39,891 bases of DNA. Source: Bacteriovoracaceae bacterium (GTDB taxonomy: Bacteria; Bdellovibrionota; Bacteriovoracia; Bacteriovoracales; Bacteriovoracaceae). Below the pieces are notes generated by a model. It saw only the letters and a program-made list of their open reading frames with translations. It had not been told where the DNA came from and searched no databases. Within the stretch, counting starts at the first letter, position 1, and the number at the start of each line of letters is the position of its first letter. The stretch spans positions 1-39,891 of the forward strand of contig JBMYPC010000009.1 of NCBI GenBank assembly GCA_049599895.1, written 5' to 3'. Positions 17,126-26,620 of this stretch are shown here, piece by piece. The position numbers were made by a program, and so were the translations under genes.

Positions 17126-18520
17126 TTAAAAATCTAAACTTTTAGGGGTTCTTGGAAAAGGAATCACATCTCTTAGGTTCTTCATTCCCGTGATATAACA
17201 AATGGCCCTTTCAAAACCAAGACCGAATCCTGCATGCTTCACACTTCCATGTTTTCGAAGATCGAGATACCACCAAAGAGGTTCTTTATGCATGCCCATC
17301 TCATCCATTCTCTTTGTGAGTTTCTCAAGGTCGTCCTCTCTTTGTGAACCACCAATCAACTCTCCCATGCCAGGAACCAGAACATCCATAGCTCGAACAG
17401 TTTTTCCATCATCATTTTGTTTCATATAAAATGCTTTAAAGTCTTTAGGATAATCTGTCACGATAACAGGAGACTTAAAGTGCTCTGTCGCAAGGAATCT
17501 TTCATGTTCAGTTTGAAGTTCACTTCCCCAAGTGGTGGGGAACTCAAATTTCTTTTCAGAATTATTGAGAATATCTATTGCTTCAGTATAAGTGATTTTT
17601 TTAAATTCACATTCAGAAACGTTTTTAAGAGTTTCAAGATGGCCCTCATCAATATCAGCACCGGGTCTTTTCATAAGAAAATCTAATTCTGCTTCACACC
17701 TCTCAAGAACGCTCTTAATAAGATATTGAACATAATCCGTTGCAAGCTCAGCAACATCATCAAGATCTGCAAATGCAACCTCGGGCTCAATCATCCAAAA
17801 CTCACTAAGATGCCTTGGAGTATTAGAGTTCTCTGCTCTAAAAGTAGGACCAAATGTATAAACCTTTCCTAGTGAAAGAGCGTAGCATTCCGCTTCAAGC
17901 TGTCCTGTCACACAGAGACTGGCCTGTTTTCCAAAAAAGTCCTGTGAATAATCAGGAGCTTTGCCTGAACGAGAAAGTCCTTCGAGGTTTAATGTGGTGA
18001 CATTAAACATCTCTCCCGCACCTTCTGCATCAACACCAGTAAGAATCGGAGTATGAAGATAATAAAATCCTTTTTGGTCAAAAAACTGGTGTGTCGCTAA
18101 GGACATCACATGACGAATTCGAAAGATTGCACCGTAAAGATTTGTTCGGCCTCTGATATGAGCATTCTCTCTTAGAAATTCTAAACTGGTGGCCTTTTTT
18201 TGCAGAGGATAACTTTCATCTGTTTTTGAAAAGATTGTGACCTTTTTTCCCTGCATCTCAATGCTTTGACCTTTTCCTCCAGAAGTGACCAAACGACCTT
18301 CAATTTCAACAGAGCTTCCCGTTAAAAGAGACTTTACTTCTTCATAATTTTCAAGATCTGCATCGATAATAATTTGAAAGTTTTGCTGACAACTTCCATC
18401 GTTAAGATGAATGAAGCTAAACTTTTTACTCTTTCTTACTGAGCGAATCCACCCTCGGACCTTGCCATCTACATTAGAAAGGGATTCAGAAAGTATTGTT
18501 TTAATTTCGTAAGTGTTCAT
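17126..18520 (-). CDS. asnS: Asparagine--tRNA ligase
   Basis: OB fold GWIRSVR...FIHLNDGS; FGPTFRAENSNTPRHLSEFWMIEPE; GELIGGSQRE; HAGFGLGFER. ATG 18520 has an AAGGA RBS; the track starts at 18526. Confidence 0.96.
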   Translation of the reverse strand: MNTYEIKTILSESLSNVDGKVRGWIRSVRKSKKFSFIHLNDGSCQQNFQIIIDADLENYEEVKSLLTGSSVEIEGRLVTSGGKGQSIEMQGKKVTIFSKTDESYPLQKKATSLEFLRENAHIRGRTNLYGAIFRIRHVMSLATHQFFDQKGFYYLHTPILTGVDAEGAGEMFNVTTLNLEGLSRSGKAPDYSQDFFGKQASLCVTGQLEAECYALSLGKVYTFGPTFRAENSNTPRHLSEFWMIEPEVAFADLDDVAELATDYVQYLIKSVLERCEAELDFLMKRPGADIDEGHLETLKNVSECEFKKITYTEAIDILNNSEKKFEFPTTWGSELQTEHERFLATEHFKSPVIVTDYPKDFKAFYMKQNDDGKTVRAMDVLVPGMGELIGGSQREDDLEKLTKRMDEMGMHKEPLWWYLDLRKHGSVKHAGFGLGFERAICYITGMKNLRDVIPFPRTPKSLDF

Positions 18521-18536
18521 CACCAATCCTTAAAAT

Positions 18537-19529
18537 CTATAACGTTTCGTTAAAGACGCTTTTGACCTTATCTGCCTGAAGTCGTGCCCCAAATGACTGA
18601 ACAAGCTCTGAAGCTTCAGCACAAGCAAGTTTGCCCGCTTCACCAAAAGAATAGCCGTGAGTAATTCCATAAAGAAATGATCCTGCAAAAAGATCTCCAG
18701 CGCCATTGGTATCAATCGCCTTAACTTTTGGAGCAATCACATCCACTTCTTTTGTTCCATCCCAAAGCAAGGCCCCCTTTGAGCCCATTGTGATAGCAAA
18801 TTGATGGGCCTTCTTTTGAAGAGCTGAAAAAGCTTCTGTGATATTTGAAGCATTGGTATAACGACAGGCTTCGGCTTCATTACAGAAAATTAAATCAACC
18901 TTATCGCCAATGACTTCATCAAAACCGCTTTTAAAATATTCAACGACTCCAGGATCTGAAAGAGTGATTGCCGTCTTAACATTATGTTTTTCGGCGATCT
19001 CTTTTGCTTTGATTGCCGCTTCTTTTCCAGTAGGAGATGTTACGAGGTAGCCTTCAATGTAGAGGTACTCACTCTCAGCAATTGCTGACTCAACAATTTC
19101 AGAGACACCAAAAGACTGAGAAATTCCAAGATGGGTGTTCATGGTTCGGTCAGCATCGGGAGTGACGAAAACTAAGCATTTTCCAGTGACACCTTCATTA
19201 AGTGTTTCGCTGGTGAGATTTGTGGCCACATTATTGGCCTTTAAATCCTTGTAATAGAATTGACCGGTTTCATCAGATGCGACTTTGCAGGAATAAAAAC
19301 TCTTACCACCAAGTTGGGCCATCGCAATACAGGTATTAGCAGCAGAGCCACCACAAGCTCTTTTGTGTTGAATCCCATGGAGCTTGTCCACGAGCTCTTG
19401 TTGCCGCGACTCATCAACTAAAACCATAAGTCCTTTATCAACACTCATCTTGGTGAGAAATTCGGGTTCTACCTCATATTCATAGTCTACTAGCGCATTG
19501 CCCAATCCATATACGTGATATTTTTTCAT
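18537..19529 (-). CDS. PfkB-family carbohydrate/nucleoside kinase (adenosine kinase-like)
   Basis: GNALVD, GGSAANT, DADRTMNTHLG, YLYIEGYL, FCNEAEA, DTNGAGDLFAG; GAGGA RBS. Confidence 0.9.
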   Translation of the reverse strand: MKKYHVYGLGNALVDYEYEVEPEFLTKMSVDKGLMVLVDESRQQELVDKLHGIQHKRACGGSAANTCIAMAQLGGKSFYSCKVASDETGQFYYKDLKANNVATNLTSETLNEGVTGKCLVFVTPDADRTMNTHLGISQSFGVSEIVESAIAESEYLYIEGYLVTSPTGKEAAIKAKEIAEKHNVKTAITLSDPGVVEYFKSGFDEVIGDKVDLIFCNEAEACRYTNASNITEAFSALQKKAHQFAITMGSKGALLWDGTKEVDVIAPKVKAIDTNGAGDLFAGSFLYGITHGYSFGEAGKLACAEASELVQSFGARLQADKVKSVFNETL

Positions 19530-19683
19530 GATAAAGATTCCTCATATGTTTAATGATAAAATAATACCTGCAAAACAATAACTTAAGCTCACCATTTTTA
19601 CAAAAACAATGGCCAAAAACGGGGCTTAAGTCTATAAGACCAGTACACTAAAACACTCATGCACGACTTACGGAGCCTGATTT

Positions 19684-20379
19684 ATGAAGCCGCAATTTTT
19701 AAAAGATAAAGAAGAGCAAAAGAATTCTCAAAAAAACGATAAAAAGGCGCAATTCAAAAAGAAAATTGAAGGGGCACTAGAGGATATCAAAAGCTTCAAT
19801 CAGGAAAAATATGAAGAACTCCAAGAAGTTTTTCTTTCAAAAGTCGATAAAATCAATGTCCAAAAAAATGTGATTATGGGATTTTACGCTCAAGTCATTC
19901 AAGAGTTAAGACGTCTTCGAAGTGAAGGGGGAAAACAAGTCGAAACTCTCCAAAAGACCACTAAGAAAAAAGTGGAGAAGGCCGTCAAAAATGCTGAAAA
20001 GCAAGTTAAGGCCACCACGAAAAAAGTCGTGAGTACTGTAAAAAAAGAAGTTAAAGACCTTGAGAAAAAACTCAAAAAAGAGGCCAAAGACATTGAGAAG
20101 AAAGTAAAAGAAGCGGTCAAAGACGCTGAAAAAGCTGTAAAGAAGACGACAAAGAAGACGACAAAGAAGACCACAAAGAAGGCCTCTAAAAAGACAACCA
20201 AAAAGACAACTAAAAAAACAACTAAAAAAACAACAAAGAAAGCTGCTAAAAAGACTGCAAAAAAAGTGGCCAAAAAAACGGCCAAAAAAACGACTAAGAA
20301 AGCGGCTAAAAAAGTGACAAAAAAAGCCGCTAAGAAAGTCACCAAAAAGACAGCAAAGAAAAAGACCAGCAAAAAATAA
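19684..20379 (+). CDS. Histone H1-like lysine-rich protein (helical N-terminus, 11-mer repeats, KKxx repeat tail)
   Basis: GGAG RBS; 231 aa; C-terminal 18 KKxx repeats (KKTT/KKAA/KKTA/KKVT) encoded by varied codons. Confidence 0.75.
   Translation: MKPQFLKDKEEQKNSQKNDKKAQFKKKIEGALEDIKSFNQEKYEELQEVFLSKVDKINVQKNVIMGFYAQVIQELRRLRSEGGKQVETLQKTTKKKVEKAVKNAEKQVKATTKKVVSTVKKEVKDLEKKLKKEAKDIEKKVKEAVKDAEKAVKKTTKKTTKKTTKKASKKTTKKTTKKTTKKTTKKAAKKTAKKVAKKTAKKTTKKAAKKVTKKAAKKVTKKTAKKKTSKK
20140..20355 (+). repeat. Degenerate 12-nt coding tandem repeat (18 x KKxx)
   Basis: Units such as AAGAAGACGACA, AAAAAGACAACT and AAGAAAGCTGCT in register. Confidence 0.85.
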
Positions 20380-20425
20380 GACAACTGATAAGAAGCTGAT
20401 ATTGCGTCAGTTTTTGGACTCAAAA

Positions 20426-20449
20426 GCAGAGTTTGCCACAAAACTCTGC
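20426..20449. terminator. Possible terminator hairpin after the histone-like gene
   Basis: GCAGAGTTT-GCCACA-AAACTCTGC, a 9-bp stem; no T tract on the + strand. Confidence 0.4.
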
Positions 20450-20495
20450 CAAAATTCAAAATTAAGAAATCCTTAAATTTCCAAAGATTAAGTAC

Positions 20496-20524
20496 TTAAG
20501 TTTTACCCTCGGATTAGCCGATAA
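20496..20524 (+). promoter_or_regulatory. Putative sigma-28 (FliA)-type promoter
   Basis: TTAAGTTT...GCCGATAA, i.e. TAAG-N16-GCCGATAA with an exact -10 octamer; 42 nt upstream of TTG 20567. Confidence 0.7.
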
Positions 20525-20566
20525 AATCTAGAGTAGAGATTTTAGAGAGTCCCCAAGGAGAACCTT

Positions 20567-23500
20567 TTGAAAACATTAAACTTTGCTGTCGTTTTCATTC
20601 TAAGCCTCATGTTATTTGGCTGTTCTGGTAAAAGTAATAAGACAGAAGCTGTCTTTTCCGTAAAATTAGGGAGTTCTTTCTCTGGAACTTTCCTTGGTGG
20701 CTACATTATTAGAGCTGAAAAGCTGGGAGAGCCGCCAATCTATCTTGAAGGTAGTGGCAATCAAATCACTTATGAATTTAATGATGGGACCTGGAACTTT
20801 CATGTGGTTGCCTTTAAAAGTGCAGCAAACTTGAATGACGATAAAGGCTGTGGGGCCTCAAACGCCACGTTCCCATTTCCTAATACTGACTCTCCTACGG
20901 TTGTTCTCAACGTTAATGAAGTCAACTGCCCACTTGATCCAATGTATGGAAGAATCATCTTTGATAAAAAAATGAACCCTTCGCAAAGGGCCATCACTCA
21001 AGCTTCATTTGATCTCATGCAGAGAATTTCAACTGATACGAGACTAGATTCAAGCAACCCAAGCTGTGGAACTGAAGCTACCGATAATGACAAAATTAAC
21101 TGTATTAAAGCGAATGTTCTCGATAGTGGTTCGGATCCAAATCTCCTTCTTCACCCGAACTTTAAAGATGAGGGTCAGGATATTACGGCCTTTCAGTCTG
21201 ATTTTTTCAGCCACAACTTTCAAGCGGTCAATCTTCCAGGCGTTAATATTGAAACCTTTGTTCTTGGGTTTAAAGGATACTTCCCAGGTAGTGGATCAAA
21301 TACCGACCCTGAAAGAGCGAGTTTTGAAGTTGAAGTTCAACTTGATGAAGGTGGCCAACCTTCAAATGAAAAGAAAGTTTTCTCATTTGCTTATGATTAC
21401 GATAACAACAAACTTACGTGGTATGGAGACCAAACAGGAAATGTCACTTTGAACTACCCAAATCTCCATCATGCTTCTGGAGGAAGACCAGTTCTTCTTT
21501 ACCGAAGAGGTGGGCCAACTTTTGATCGAATCATTTTACCAGATGGTTCTACCACTGCGAATGTCAACTTACCAGATGATACTTATGACCTGCTTTTAGT
21601 TTATTTTGATTCAAACTCTGTTACTGGAACTCACGAATGTGGTTACCTTTCCGGTGAAAACGTTTCAGGAGCGACGAGTATTACTTTTTCTTCAGCAACC
21701 CCTGGTTGTCTTACAAACTTTTCCATTGAAAAAATTAACAACAACGTCACAAGTGACTTTAATCACGTCATTAATGAAGGTAAAGCTGTTATTAATGGGG
21801 AGCCAAGACTCACCTATTCTCTCACAACTTTAAATGAATCAAGTAATAATGATGGTTCAATTGATCAAGTTATTATTGTTAATCTTCTTGATCCAACAGC
21901 ACATACTTGGGCAACAACGACAGGTGATATTCATACAAACTTAGTAGTGTCTGGCCTTCCTGCTGGTCTCAGCGTGTCCCCCGCTGATATCACGAGGGTT
22001 TCTAATACCCAAATTACAATCGGAATTTCAGGTCTTGCATCTTCCCATACGGATGGAGATGACACCAATAGCATTAGCATTAATTTTAATCTCAATGCTT
22101 TTACGGGGGGGAATGGAAATAATGTTGCTAATCGACATATCAATGGAATCGCTATTGATTTTGATGACCCTGCCAATGCATCTCTTACGGCACAACAAAA
22201 ATCAGCTTTTACGGCTGATGCCGAAATTTGGTTTAAAAAATTCGCTCAAAACTTAAATCAACTTGATTCAACTCAAGTTTTAGGTTCTGGAGAGCCTCAT
22301 CCTTGTGACGGAACTTCGGGAGCAGGACTTACAAATTGTATGACAGAAGGAATCGTTGGTTCAGCTTTTGATAGCTTAGTTCATCCAAACTTTCGCGATG
22401 AAGGCGAAAACTTCACAGATTTTAGAGATAAGTTCACCAGTGATAAAATCTTAAAAGCTGTTCCGGTTGAGACTACCGATGTCTCAGCCGCAAACCTTTA
22501 CTCTAACGGCACTGAAGCTCAAATGAGAGATGGCTTTGAATCCATGACCTTTACGATTAATATGACAATCCATGAAGGATCATCAGTCTTTAATGAAATG
22601 ATCCGCTTTGTTCTGATAAGAGACTCAGGAGATTCAGATAAAATTAAGTGGTATGGTAATCAAAAATCTTATGGCCTTTATTGGGGACCTCATGCCAAGA
22701 GATCAAAGATCAAAGTCGACAGTGTCAATCCTCAAGTTTATGATTTTTGGTATCGAAAAAGCTTTAAAACCGGTTACCAAATTCATCTTGACGATGACAC
22801 CAACGCTATTTCATCAAATGTCGACCGAGTTCACGTTTCAGTTCCAAAAACTTCGGGACAAGTGGATTTTGTTTTCAAGATGAGAGACGAAGGTGGAAAT
22901 TCTTATCGTCTCGTTCACGACAAAAACAATAATGGACAATTAGATGGTGACGAGTATGAATCATCTGCCTTTTTTGACGATGCCACAGCAGATTCGATTA
23001 TAAATAGTATTGCGACTTCTCAAACAACAACAATCACCATTGAATTTCTCGATGACACTCCAAATGAGGTCATTTACGTGCCAACTCAGGCACCTCCTCT
23101 TTATGCAAGTCTTAATGATTCATTGTTTGCTTCTTGGCATATTGATCTTGATAACCCTGGACATAAGACTAGTTTTTGCCATGCAAGCGCGACGACTATT
23201 TCGCCATCTGACTTTAATAACTCTACGGAATACTGGGATATCCCATCGGCAGGGAACCTTGATTACGCAAGCTATAACTACAGCATAAATCCTAGTGGTG
23301 GAGGCCATCATCGCTTTGATCTCGATACCTCCAATAGAGTTATCACAATTCCTTCTGGAACCTTAAATGAACTTTTCATAAGTGTTTCTCATGAGTATAA
23401 CGATGTTTCCTACACTTCCGAGTTAGGTTGTCGTACATCAGGTTCACCTGTGACTCTTTTACAATTTGATAACCATACAGATCAAAATGTTCAAAACTCT

Positions 23501-24283
23501 TTTGGCTTTATGCAAGACCAAGCTGACTTTGGAAACTTCCCTAGTGGCGCAACTCAATGGGTTTACCTTGGTCTTTATAATAATTCAGAGCAAAGTGTTA
23601 ACATTACAAACGGCTTCCCTCCTACTTTAATAAATACAGGAATGGCATTAGAAGATCAGACCTTTACCGCACTCGACACAACGATGAGCCCGAGATGTGC
23701 TTCTGATCGGATTATCCTTTCCGATAAATTCTGTTTATTAAAGATTCAACTTGATACCACTCAAATCGAAGGGGACCTCTTTGAAAGCTCCTTCTCCTAC
23801 TCTCTTGATATTAATGGACAAACAAATATCCCATACTCACAAAGCATGCGCTTTAGCTCAGATGGAAACAGTGCCTTTGAGTTTAGAGATAGTGGTGGAT
23901 CTCTCTTAGCAAATAATGAAATCGACTTTGGAACAACTGGGCCAACAACCCCTGTAACAGTTGAGATCAGGATTCAGTTTAAAAACAATCACTCAGTGAC
24001 AACGCCTTACATGAGTGAAGATATTAACTTCTTCGATTACGGTATGGTTTCAAGCAGTAATATCAGCTTTCAATATTATGATAATGCCAGTGCCCCTCTT
24101 GCTGATGCCAATGCCTGTGCTCAATTTCTAAATGGATCGAATGCCTCATACTGTAAAGTTGAAGTGACCTTCCATCCAGTTGCAGGCTATGGACAAACTT
24201 CAGGAAATATCAGTTTTGATCAATACTGGTTTGGTCCAGATGGTGGAGCTCAAGGGAGTGTGAAGTTTAAGGCCCAAGAATAA
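20567..24283 (+). CDS. Large multidomain lipoprotein (putative surface adhesin-like)
   Basis: AAGGAG RBS with TTG start; lipobox LFG|C19; N/S/T/D/G-rich; duplicated HPNFxDEG...WYGxQ domain; EF-hand-like loop; two C-terminal DFG...C...C Ig-like domains. Confidence 0.8.
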   Translation: MKTLNFAVVFILSLMLFGCSGKSNKTEAVFSVKLGSSFSGTFLGGYIIRAEKLGEPPIYLEGSGNQITYEFNDGTWNFHVVAFKSAANLNDDKGCGASNATFPFPNTDSPTVVLNVNEVNCPLDPMYGRIIFDKKMNPSQRAITQASFDLMQRISTDTRLDSSNPSCGTEATDNDKINCIKANVLDSGSDPNLLLHPNFKDEGQDITAFQSDFFSHNFQAVNLPGVNIETFVLGFKGYFPGSGSNTDPERASFEVEVQLDEGGQPSNEKKVFSFAYDYDNNKLTWYGDQTGNVTLNYPNLHHASGGRPVLLYRRGGPTFDRIILPDGSTTANVNLPDDTYDLLLVYFDSNSVTGTHECGYLSGENVSGATSITFSSATPGCLTNFSIEKINNNVTSDFNHVINEGKAVINGEPRLTYSLTTLNESSNNDGSIDQVIIVNLLDPTAHTWATTTGDIHTNLVVSGLPAGLSVSPADITRVSNTQITIGISGLASSHTDGDDTNSISINFNLNAFTGGNGNNVANRHINGIAIDFDDPANASLTAQQKSAFTADAEIWFKKFAQNLNQLDSTQVLGSGEPHPCDGTSGAGLTNCMTEGIVGSAFDSLVHPNFRDEGENFTDFRDKFTSDKILKAVPVETTDVSAANLYSNGTEAQMRDGFESMTFTINMTIHEGSSVFNEMIRFVLIRDSGDSDKIKWYGNQKSYGLYWGPHAKRSKIKVDSVNPQVYDFWYRKSFKTGYQIHLDDDTNAISSNVDRVHVSVPKTSGQVDFVFKMRDEGGNSYRLVHDKNNNGQLDGDEYESSAFFDDATADSIINSIATSQTTTITIEFLDDTPNEVIYVPTQAPPLYASLNDSLFASWHIDLDNPGHKTSFCHASATTISPSDFNNSTEYWDIPSAGNLDYASYNYSINPSGGGHHRFDLDTSNRVITIPSGTLNELFISVSHEYNDVSYTSELGCRTSGSPVTLLQFDNHTDQNVQNSFGFMQDQADFGNFPSGATQWVYLGLYNNSEQSVNITNGFPPTLINTGMALEDQTFTALDTTMSPRCASDRIILSDKFCLLKIQLDTTQIEGDLFESSFSYSLDINGQTNIPYSQSMRFSSDGNSAFEFRDSGGSLLANNEIDFGTTGPTTPVTVEIRIQFKNNHSVTTPYMSEDINFFDYGMVSSSNISFQYYDNASAPLADANACAQFLNGSNASYCKVEVTFHPVAGYGQTSGNISFDQYWFGPDGGAQGSVKFKAQE

Positions 24284-24298
24284 TTTGAGATAAAAGCC

Positions 24299-25567
24299 TT
24301 ATTCAAAGATTGTCCCTGCTACTTTCTTTGGCAGGGAGAATATTCCTTTGAGAACAGAAGCAAACCAAGAGGTATTTCTGAATCCATAATGTCCACCGTG
24401 TTCGACTAGAAGAAGTTGCTCTTCAGGATATAGATCCCAAGCATCAGACTCGTTCAACCAATCATCTTTGGCCGAGATAATGAGGATATTATTGGATTCT
24501 TTTTGAGCGCGATCAACCCAATATTTAAGTGTTGCAAGCTCTGATGTATAGAAACCCCAAAGTTCAGGGGCATACAAATCAAAGTAGTTTTTAAAGGTAA
24601 ACTCTTTTTGCCATTTCGATTTTCCCTGGCTTTTCACAGGGAGATCGTGAGTCTTAAGATACTTGTCGGTCATTTTCACAAGATTTTTCTGAAAACTATG
24701 ATAGACACTTAAGGCCTTGGCATTAAATTGAAGCTCTTCTTGAGAAGCCTCATTACTACAAACTTTAAAATAGTCACCGATAATCCCAAAAAATCCTTGT
24801 TCAGAGGATTTTTCAGCAACTTCGAGGATATATTGATCAAGAATCTCAACGCTCTTTCCATAATCCGCAGGAGGTGAAATTAATGTAGTTTCACCTGTTA
24901 AAAGCTTAAGCTGCTCACCATCGAGCGCCGTTATTATGGTTGCCAAGAATGCCCCATAGCTTAGACCAGACAATCTAATATTGTTCCTATCGACAAGGTT
25001 TCTTGATTCAAGATCAGAAATAATTTTTTGCATCAACCTGTAAAATGTTTTTGCTTCATTCACAAAGTCGCCAGGCTTATAGCTTGCTTTCAGTGAAACA
25101 AAGCTTGGATGCAGTGGAGATGGAAAAGTGACCACATGATGGCCAAGTTGAATATAGTCATGGATAAATCTCGTAGAATCTATTCCAGACACTGAACCAA
25201 ATGAACCAGGAAAAACAAATACTAAGGGAGACTTTAAAGGAGTATAAGTCTTTTTCTCGTTTAATTTTTGTTGAAGGTTTCTTAGACGTGACTTTGGTTT
25301 TTCAACTTTAGAATGAAGTGCATATTTAACCTGAACAGGTTTTTGCAATTCCTTATCATTAAATTTTTTAGTTTCTATTTTAGCTAGTCCAAACAATGAC
25401 TTATTCGGTCGTTTACAAAAACCAAGTAAGGTTGAAACAAAGCTATCTTTTGCATTCGGCTTATAAGGAGCAAAAGATGTATCTCTTCCCTTTGCAAAAC
25501 TAAAGTCTGAGATTAAAAACAATACCATCATCAATGATAAGTAGATTGTCTTTATCCTATGAAACAT
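24299..25567 (-). CDS. Secreted alpha/beta-fold serine hydrolase (lipase/esterase-like)
   Basis: Signal peptide ending FSFA; oxyanion segment VFPGSFG; nucleophile elbow GLSYG; acid SAKDDW; His in HGGHYG. Confidence 0.8.
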   Translation of the reverse strand: MFHRIKTIYLSLMMVLFLISDFSFAKGRDTSFAPYKPNAKDSFVSTLLGFCKRPNKSLFGLAKIETKKFNDKELQKPVQVKYALHSKVEKPKSRLRNLQQKLNEKKTYTPLKSPLVFVFPGSFGSVSGIDSTRFIHDYIQLGHHVVTFPSPLHPSFVSLKASYKPGDFVNEAKTFYRLMQKIISDLESRNLVDRNNIRLSGLSYGAFLATIITALDGEQLKLLTGETTLISPPADYGKSVEILDQYILEVAEKSSEQGFFGIIGDYFKVCSNEASQEELQFNAKALSVYHSFQKNLVKMTDKYLKTHDLPVKSQGKSKWQKEFTFKNYFDLYAPELWGFYTSELATLKYWVDRAQKESNNILIISAKDDWLNESDAWDLYPEEQLLLVEHGGHYGFRNTSWFASVLKGIFSLPKKVAGTIFE

Positions 25568-25798
25568 GGGTTCCCCTTGATGATAGTCTTTAGTTTATGA
25601 GCACATTAATTGAGTACTAAATAGTGCCTGGATTGGCAGTAATAACACACCTTGTTTGAAAAATATTCAGAGTTCATTATTATCAATAACTTAACCCATT
25701 TTCGGGTCATTGATAGTAAGTTTCCTCTCTGACTTTTTCTGTCAGCTAAAAAAAATGATTTTCACAGGTTTTTGCTTCTCTCGTGAAGTCCTGATTTC

Positions 25799-25807
25799 TG
25801 TTATAAT
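25799..25807 (+). promoter_or_regulatory. Possible extended -10 promoter for the PilZ gene
   Basis: TGtTATAAT 46 nt upstream of GTG 25854; no good -35 box. Confidence 0.4.
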
Positions 25808-25853
25808 TAAACTCGTGAATGACTCACTCTTCGAGCTACCAGGAAGGTATTAA

Positions 25854-26618
25854 GTGAAAAAGAAGCCCCTACTGTTCATCATCCTTGCAGGAATTCATCT
25901 CATCGAGCCTCTCTTTAAGTTATTTTACTTCAAGGCTTCAACAGGCTTTGAATGGACAGTCATCTTTAATAATGTTTTTTCCATCAACTCACCCAAGGCC
26001 ATCTTCGAGTTTTGGTTTCTCTTTCCAATTGCGGGTATTGCCTTATTAACTGTAAAAAAATGGTCTTATCCGATCTTTGTAGCAGCTCAGGCCTACTCAA
26101 TTTTTGCTCTTTTAACTTATCAAAAATTTACTTGGCCATATGTCGCTGAAACTCCTTTTATTGGCCATACCATGCTCGTGGTTTTCAATGTCCTTGTGAT
26201 TATTTATTTCGCTCTTCCTGAAATTAGAAAACCCTTCTTCGATGCATCTCTTCGTTGGTGGGAAACTCCCACCAGATACTTTTTTGAAATGCCTTGTTCA
26301 ATTTCATTTAATGACATCAACTCAATTGAAGATGTTAAGATCCATAACATCTCACGAACAGGTGCATTCGTTGCTTATTCAGGGCCAGTCAATGAAGGAC
26401 AACCAGTAAAGATCAGACTGACTTACGGTCCTTATGATTTAAAGCTTCATGCTGAAGTCGTGCGCGTCAATGAATTTCAGGGAGTGAGAGGAATTGGTTT
26501 AAAGTTTCATTTCAAAACTCTCCTTGAGAATATTACAATGAGAAAAATGATGATACTTATTGATCGTCAAGAACCTAAACACTCCCTAGTCCCCGAAGAA
26601 ACAAAAGCGGCTGCTTAA
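25854..26618 (+). CDS. Membrane protein (about 4 TM) with C-terminal PilZ domain
   Basis: Four hydrophobic segments, then RWWETPTRY, NISRTGAF (D/NxSxxG), AEVVR and GIGLKF. Confidence 0.85.
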   Translation: MKKKPLLFIILAGIHLIEPLFKLFYFKASTGFEWTVIFNNVFSINSPKAIFEFWFLFPIAGIALLTVKKWSYPIFVAAQAYSIFALLTYQKFTWPYVAETPFIGHTMLVVFNVLVIIYFALPEIRKPFFDASLRWWETPTRYFFEMPCSISFNDINSIEDVKIHNISRTGAFVAYSGPVNEGQPVKIRLTYGPYDLKLHAEVVRVNEFQGVRGIGLKFHFKTLLENITMRKMMILIDRQEPKHSLVPEETKAAA

Positions 26619-26620
26619 TT

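Noticed and set aside
20140..20355. Tandem repeats as a possible CRISPR array
   Set aside because: 12-nt degenerate coding units with no spacers and no cas genes.
19899..20459. 186-aa hydrophobic F/L/V/A-rich ORF on the minus strand that looks like a membrane protein
   Set aside because: It is the antisense shadow of the lysine-repeat gene (AAA/AAG read as TTT/CTT).
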